A DNA stretch of 64,000 nt from Octopus vulgaris (taxonomy: Eukaryota). Below the pieces are notes generated by a model that saw only the letters and a list, made by a program, of their open reading frames with translations, did no database searches and was not told the DNA's origin. Shown here in pieces: positions 54,897-64,000 of this stretch (positions are counted from its first letter, which is position 1; every line of letters begins with the position of its first letter). The position numbers and the translations under genes were made by a program. The stretch covers positions 62,682,001 to 62,746,000 of the forward strand of contig OX597827.1 of assembly GCA_951406725.2 (NCBI GenBank), in the 5' to 3' direction.

Positions 54897-55124
54897 CGGC
54901 GAGCTGGCAGAAACGTTAGCACGCCGGGCGAAATGCGTAGCCGTATTTCGTCTGCCGTTACGTTCTGGGTTCAAATTCCGCCGAGGTCGACTTTGCCTTT
55001 CATCCTTTCGGGGTCGATAAATTAAGTACCAGTTACGCACTGGGGTCGATGTAATCGACTTAATCCGTTTGTCTGTCCTTGTTTGTCTCCTCTGTGTTTA
55101 GCCCCTTGTGGGTAGTAAAGAAAT
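54897..55124 (+). mobile_element. Young full-length SINE family 2
   Basis: Best-preserved copy; A/B boxes, Deu-like core and tail AAAGAAATA. Confidence 0.9.
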
Positions 55125-55390
55125 ATATATATATATATATGTATATATTGATATAGATGTATTTGAACGTGTCTGTGCATGCTCGTGTTTGTTTCTTATG
55201 TTTGTTCTGTGAATGATTGATGTCTGATTTGTCTGTAGACTTCTTCGCTTCTTCTTATTTGTATATCGTTATTTGCAATGAGAAAGTACAATGCATGACT
55301 ACGTCAAACAAGCGGGACTGGACACAGACAAAGCAGTGCTATTATTAATGGAAATATATCCGAAGAAATACGGTGGAGTAGCTACTGCTG

Positions 55391-55534
<144 letters not shown>

Positions 55535-56084
55535 TTATTGTTGTTAAGCAACCAGACGGGTAAGGCTGATTAGGTGATGGTCTAGGGCTTAGAGGTGGGA
55601 GACCCCCCCAGACCTTGGAAAAAAACCAAGAAACTTTTGGTCGTCTTGTTGTAGTCGAGGGCTCTTCGTTGACGCCCGACACCACTGGGAGGTTGCCGTC
55701 GAAGTCGTTGGAAATGGAGATCTCCAGGTCCAAATTCTTGAACGGCTGCTACTGCTACTGCTGTTACTGTTGTTGCTGCTGTCTTCTCTTCTTCTTCCAA
55801 TCAGGACTCATGCCATTAGCCACAAAGAATAATCTCTAATTCGAGCCTACTCTAAGCTACTAAGAATGCGTATAGCACCTTGAAGATCCACCCACCACAC
55901 GCGATAGACTGGCGGTTGCACGGTCGCGAAAGCTACGTTGTTATCCTCATTCTGTAAACGGTGGCTATTTAACGGGTGGAGAGCTGAACCATTCTGGGGT
56001 ATAGAGGATTCGCAATGTAGACTAGGGTCTGAAAGTTTACCACACCATAGTGGGTTACACCATGGTTCCTCTGCTTTGTGGTAG

Positions 56085-56274
56085 AAGTAGGAAGAAAGAG
56101 TGAGAGAAAGTTGTGGCGAAAGAGTATGCGGGGTTCAACAACCCACCCCGCCGGAGCCTCGTGGAGCTTAGGTGTTTTGCTCAATTATCACTAACAATGC
56201 CCGGTTTGGGAATCGAAACCGCGTTCTTACGACCGCGAATCCTCTGCCCTATCCACTGGGCCATTGCGCCTCCA
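56085..56274 (-). mobile_element. 5' half of SINE family 3
   Basis: Reverse complement of the 41545-41735 region. Confidence 0.8.
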
Positions 56275-56338
56275 CCGCTGCTGTTGTTGCTGCTGCTGCC
56301 ACTCCAAACACACATACACACAGACACGCGCGCGCACG

Positions 56339-56369
<31 letters not shown>

Positions 56370-56392
56370 ACACACACACAAAACAACCAGAA

Positions 56393-57680
56393 TATTCGTG
56401 TCAAATTTTGGCACAAGGGCAACAATTTCGGTGAGGATATAGAGTGATTAGATCGATCGACCCCAGTGCTTAATAGGTACTTATCTTATCGACTCGGAAA
56501 GTATGAATGTCGAACTCGGCGAAATTCGAACTCAGAACGTAAATTTAAACGAAATGTCGCGAAGCATTTTGCCAGGCGCGTTAACAATATGGCCAGCGCG
56601 CTGTCTTCACCACAACCAAAATGTTCCTTTCACATTTTGGTACAGGGGCAGCAGTTTAAGAGAATGGGTAAGTCGATTATATCGACACCAGTGCTCAACT
56701 CGTACTTATTTTATCGATCCCGAAAGATGAAAGGCAATGTCGGCCTTGGCGGAATTTGAACTCAGAATGTGAAAGCACGAAATGCTAACGATTCTGCCAG
56801 GTCACGTAAGAATTCTTTCAGATTTTGGCACAAGGCCAGCGATTAGGTACAAGGGAACCGGTAGGTTACATCGACTTCAGTATTTCACTGGCGCTTATCT
56901 TATCGATCTCTAAAAAAGGATGAAATGGCAAAGTCGACGGCAGCTGAAATGTTGCCATGCATTTTCTCCAGTATGCTCACGATTTTATAAGCTTACCACC
57001 TTAGTAATAATCCTTTCTACTGAAGGCACAAGGCCTAAGATTTAGGGGAAGGGATTAAGTCGATTACATTGATCCCAGTGTTTCACTGATATTTAATTTA
57101 TCGACATTGAAGGGATGAAAGGCAAAGTTGACCTCGGCGGAATTTGAACTCAGAACGTAGCGACGGACGAAATACCCTCTAAGCATTTCGTCCTGCGTGC
57201 TAACGATTCGTTTCTACTCTAGGCCCAAGGCGCGAAATTTTTCGGGAGGGGATCAGTTGATTAGATCGACTCCAGTACGCAACTGATACTTAATTTATCG
57301 ACCCCGAAAGGGATGAAAGGAAAAATCGATCTCGGCGGAAATTGAACGCAATATTTGTCACATTGCCGCGATAAAAGAAACTATAATGACGAATAATTAA
57401 CACCCTTCAAAAAACAAAGTGCTCCAGCATGACCACAGTCACATGACTGAAACAAGTAAAATAGTATAATGACTTTTATTTTAAGGCAAATTCCTGTAGT
57501 TTTGAAGGGAAGAGATAGGTAGATACATTTGACCCCAAGTCATGACTGGTACTTTGTTTTACTGACGACGGAGATTGAAATCAAAGTTGATCCCGGCGGG
57601 AATTGAACTTAGAATGTAAAGTGCTTGAAGAAATACCGCAGGGCATTTTGTTAGGCGTTCAAACAATTCTGCCATCTCAC
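56393..57680 (-). mobile_element. Cluster of at least five family 2 SINE units in the same orientation
   Basis: Repeated GGCACAAGG..ATCGAC..CAGT..AAAGGCAAAGT.GACCTCGGCGGAATTTGAACTCAGAA. Confidence 0.8.
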
Positions 57681-58217
57681 CAAATTTAAAAGACGAAAAG
57701 TTAGATGACCAGACGATATTGTATAGACACAACCAGACGAACATCCACTCTTATACCAAAAACCATCTCCTCAATTTCACACTTAACATCAAATAGAATA
57801 ACTGATTACACAGCAGAATAATCAGAGACAGACAAACAGTAGTAATATTTAATGGAGACAATACAGAACATAGGAAAAAAAAGTGTTGATCATAAAGGAA
57901 CAGCGGATGCATCTCAAACTGTGAACAATACAAGTTAAACAACACCGGGGATATAATAGCGGAACGTAATTAAGGTTAACAAATATTTTTTTCTATGTAT
58001 ATAAACCCGAAACAAACAGGAACATAAGTAAATTGTATAGTTTAATTTACTCTGTAAACACATTTATATTAAAGAATTTCAGTTTGATTCTAATAGAAAC
58101 GTATATTCTCCAAATCTCTCTCGATCCTCAGAGAAATACCAAAATTAAAATCATCACCATCATTATCATCGTCGTCATCATTTAACGTTCACTTTTCCAT
58201 GCTTGTTATTTAAATGG

Positions 58218-58620
58218 TTTTATTGCCCACAGGGGGCTAAGCGTAGAGGGGACAAACAAGAACAGACAAAGGGATTAAGTCGATTACATCGACCCCAGTG
58301 CGTAACTGGTACTTAATTTATCGACCCTGAAAAGATGAAAGGCGAAGTCGATCTCGGCGGAATTCGAACTCAGAACGTAACGTCAGACGAAATACCTATT
58401 TCTTTACTACCCACAAGGGGCTAAACACAGAGAGGACAAACAAGGACAGACAAAGGGATTAAGTCGATTACATCGACCCCAGTGCGTAACTGGTACTTAA
58501 TTTATCGACCCTAAAAAGATGAAAGGCAAAGTCGACCTCGGCGGAAATCGAACTCAGAACGTAACGTCAGACGAAATACCGCTAAGCATTTCGCCCGGCG
58601 TGCTAACGTTTCTGCCAACC
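58218..58620 (-). mobile_element. Young dimeric SINE family 2
   Basis: Two near-identical ~187 bp units. Junction GACGAAATACCTATTTCTTT at ~58387-58405. Confidence 0.9.
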
Positions 58621-58659
58621 CGACCTTTATATTTCTACCCAAACAACTCGCCGTGCTGT

Positions 58660-59200
58660 CCATCAAGTGCGTTCACTGGCTTCTTGATTTACTACACTTT
58701 AAACTTCCTTCCATGATAATGTTTTACACACATCTGAGTGTTTCGTCGATTGTGCTTATAATAGATGTGCTTTTGTTTTTCCACAATGTTCAGGAGATGT
58801 CTTTCACCAACATGATGCAAATTCATATTCATCTGTTCGATTGTCTTTGTAACAATCTCCTATACACCCACCTTTCAAACGCACTGTTCTCTTCAAATTT
58901 ATTCAGAGTCGATGTTTCACGGCCGTGAATGCCTCTTGGCCAAATGAGCACTCTCAGTGGCTTAGTTTTGAACTTAGCTGGAATAATTAGGCGGCTCCAG
59001 ATGTTAAGACATTTCCACGGATGTTCATACCATGGCCAGTCATATCCTGATTTCTTTCTTATATGTGGCTTCATCAGAAAATTTGGCCTCCAAGACACTT
59101 GTACAATTCAACTTGTTCGAGACTCTCCTTGCCTAGTTTGATGTTAATATTCACTTTCTCATATCCTGCAACCGTGACTTTTGCTTTGTGTCAAAAATGC
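58660..59200 (-). pseudogene. Decayed RTE-clade LINE ORF C-terminal region
   Basis: LNIWSRLIIPAKFKTKPLRVLIWPRGIHGRETSTLNKFEENSAFERWVYRRLLQ resembles the RTE K.RL+..L+WP...YG.ETWTL..AFE.W.YRR+L. Confidence 0.8.
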
Positions 59201-59333
59201 GCTGCAGGGCTACAATAATACATGGCAAAGAAGAGCATAAAGGAGAATTTTTCCTACTCAGTAATTACAACGAATTTGCCTTTAGAATTTAAGAAAATAT
59301 GCCACAGACATATTTTAAGTAATCTAAAGTTCA

Positions 59334-59505
<172 letters not shown>

Positions 59506-59677
59506 GACTATTTGTCTCTCTGACTATTTGTCTCTCTCTCTAGTAATAGATAGATACATGAAGATTGACAGATACAAGGACAGCCAGTTGTGAATATGTC
59601 TATTTGTCAAGTTTAATGTATCTATATCAGTATAGCTCTGTCTATCACCCTGTCCATATATATACATATATACATAC

Positions 59678-59710
<33 letters not shown>

Positions 59711-60414
59711 ATATATATAGATGCATATGCATATATGTATGTGTATATGCATGTGTGTACATGCCATGTGCGTGTATGTAGGCAAATATCTCTCTCTGTA
59801 TATGTGTATCTGGGCATACATACATAGAAACGCACACAAACACTCACAGGCTGATGCATACAAACATTGATACTCCCATACAAAATACACAGATATTGTA
59901 TGTTTTCATCGTCTTCTTATAAAATATGCTGTCGTACCAGGAAGTAAATCGAAGCAAAACGCAAAAGGAAAAAAAAAAAAGGGAAACAGAAGGATATATT
60001 AACCAGATACCACCGTACGTATCCTATATCCAGTAAACCGTTTGCATTTACAAGACTGCATTTAGATGTTCGCCATGTTTACATCAGATCAACATTACAG
60101 AAACCCCTCCTACGCCGACAACGAATATGGCAGGAGAAGAAGCGGCGGTGGCAGCTACAGCGGCAATGTTACCATTGCTGTCACCTTTACTATCAAACAG
60201 AAATGGTTTTCCATCAATACCGTTCTCACATCCAAAAAGATTGTTGAGCATTTCAGGGGCTTTATACGATCCATTTGAATCGCTAACAACAAGGCTCGTC
60301 TCCCATTACAAGACACATCACGCTTCCATCACTCAACAACCGATGCTAAGTTGTGCGTTCTTTATATTTACATACGGCCATGAACAAGCAAATATACACA
60401 CGTAAATAGTATGC

Positions 60415-60459
<45 letters not shown>

Positions 60460-60519
60460 CACATATATGTACACACACACACACACATACATATACATAT
60501 ATATATATATATATACATA

Positions 60520-60572
<53 letters not shown>

Positions 60573-60810
60573 GTAGACACAGAAGCATACACACACACAT
60601 ATAGATATATATATATATATATGGATGTATATACACATATTCGTACGCATTTATATATACGTACGCAGACTCGTATGCGTATATGATTAGATAAATGGAT
60701 GCGTAACAATGTTATTGCGTGTAAGTATATAAGAGTAAAAGTATATATCGCTGTTTGTAATTTTATATAATCTGCAATTGGACAAAGATTTTGTGTACAT
60801 AAATTTATCC

Positions 60811-60853
<43 letters not shown>

Positions 60854-60966
60854 CATACATAAGCACACGCAGACGCACACACACACACTCACACTCATGT
60901 TTGTGTGTACATGATTGATAATCTAGAGATTCATGTGTATGAATATAAGTAGATACATATACATAC

Positions 60967-61025
<59 letters not shown>

Positions 61026-61142
61026 CATATATATATAGATATATATCTATCTTTCTATTTATCTATCTATATATTTGTCTATCTAGAAATGGACTTATAG
61101 AATGATTAATAATAGTATATATGAGTATATGTAGATAGAAAT

Positions 61143-61201
<59 letters not shown>

Positions 61202-61356
61202 TTGTTGCATTTAAGGTGTCATTTATGTTGTAAAAGCTTTCAACTTGAAAAGTCATATGTATGTGTGTGTGTGTGTGGGGTTGTGTGTTTAGACGAGTTA
61301 GTTTATACAAATTGCATATATTATCTGTCTATACATACATACATACATATATATAT

Positions 61357-61425
<69 letters not shown>

Positions 61426-62084
61426 CATACATACATATACACACATACACATATATATATATATATATATGTATGTATATATGTATTTGTATGCGTAAGC
61501 AGTTAAGAGTTTTGATGTATTAAGTATAGATTAAGGGCCTCTAGCCCTAACTCTATACTTAATACATGCATTCATATGTGCATATGCATTTATGTATATC
61601 TACATATATATGTTTGAGTGTATGCTTTGTGTGTGTTTATATATGTATATATATATATATAGACACACACAAATATGTAATCTATATACACGCATATATA
61701 TATATATATGTGTGTGTGTGTGTATAGATAAGTGGTTGCACACGCACACACACACACACGCGCACCATACATACTGGCACTCACAGTCACACACACATAT
61801 ACACACACAACACACACTCGCACACACACACACACACGTACATATATATTCCTTTTTATGTTTATATGTGGGAGTAAATTTACTAACAGAGTTTATCAAT
61901 AAACACTCTACATGTTAATCTCCCCACTCGATATTTTTGCGCTTCTTGTATTGAAATGTCTGCATAAAATAGGAATTTGAAATAAAAGAAGTAAAATAGA
62001 CTGCAACCACTAACAACATAACTACTGGCAATATCGCAGCGCCATCTACCGACTCATGCTTCACCACAAACGAACACCACCACC

Positions 62085-63420
<1,336 letters not shown>

Positions 63421-63602
63421 AGCAACGTCAATTAGAATCCAAATACTGCTCAATGTCTTAATAAAGAATTTACAAGACAAAATATGTTAAGTCCTGTTCA
63501 GTGGCGACGATCGACCGCGTATTCGTAGACTTCGTTGTCTATATATTCAAGCATATATGTTTATATGTGTCTGTGTTTACATACATACATACATACATAT
63601 GC

Positions 63603-63644
<42 letters not shown>

Positions 63645-63685
63645 TTATGTATTTATATTTATATATATATGTACATATATATAAT

Positions 63686-63717
<32 letters not shown>

Positions 63718-63793
63718 CCTATTTATTTATGTATATATATATATATGTACATATGTATATTATATTTAGGTGTATATATATATATTATATATA

Positions 63794-63861
<68 letters not shown>

Positions 63862-63879
63862 AGCGAAATAGATACACAG

Positions 63880-63941
63880 ATTGATAGATAGGTAGTTAGA
63901 TGGATAGATAGAAAAATAGATAGATAGATAGATGGATGAAG

Positions 63942-63994
<53 letters not shown>

Positions 63995-64000
63995 GAGAAA
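63880..64000. repeat. (GATA)n microsatellite
   Basis: Seen directly. Confidence 0.95.

Overview
This is AT-rich eukaryotic non-coding DNA packed with microsatellites ((TA)n, (CA)n, (TAA)n, (TATC)n). The three tRNA-derived SINE families and the repeat density suggest an octopus-like cephalopod genome (inference). I found no convincing host protein-coding exon, and nearly all ORFs in the track are translated microsatellites. Recognisable content: (1) three SINE families (CORE-like with an internal microsatellite, Deu/Nin-domain-like, and a ~385 bp OR1-like family); (2) decayed mariner, Tc1 and Tigger transposase fragments, two internally deleted Tc1/mariner elements and Helitron-like elements; (3) fragments of R4/Dong-like, CR1-group and RTE LINEs. 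The most striking feature is a Penelope-like retroelement (PLE) system that sits in (TA)n tracts. One 5'-truncated PLE keeps its GIY-YIG endonuclease C-terminus (48409-49779, minus). Around the window are ~200 bp terminal units and long inverted-repeat structures carrying type I hammerhead ribozyme motifs with very short or palindromic stem III. Two have canonical cores (25709-25794, 38917-39006) and several have non-canonical cores. Many are nested in the internal microsatellite of the CORE-like SINE. Coordinates were read by eye and may be off by a few bases.
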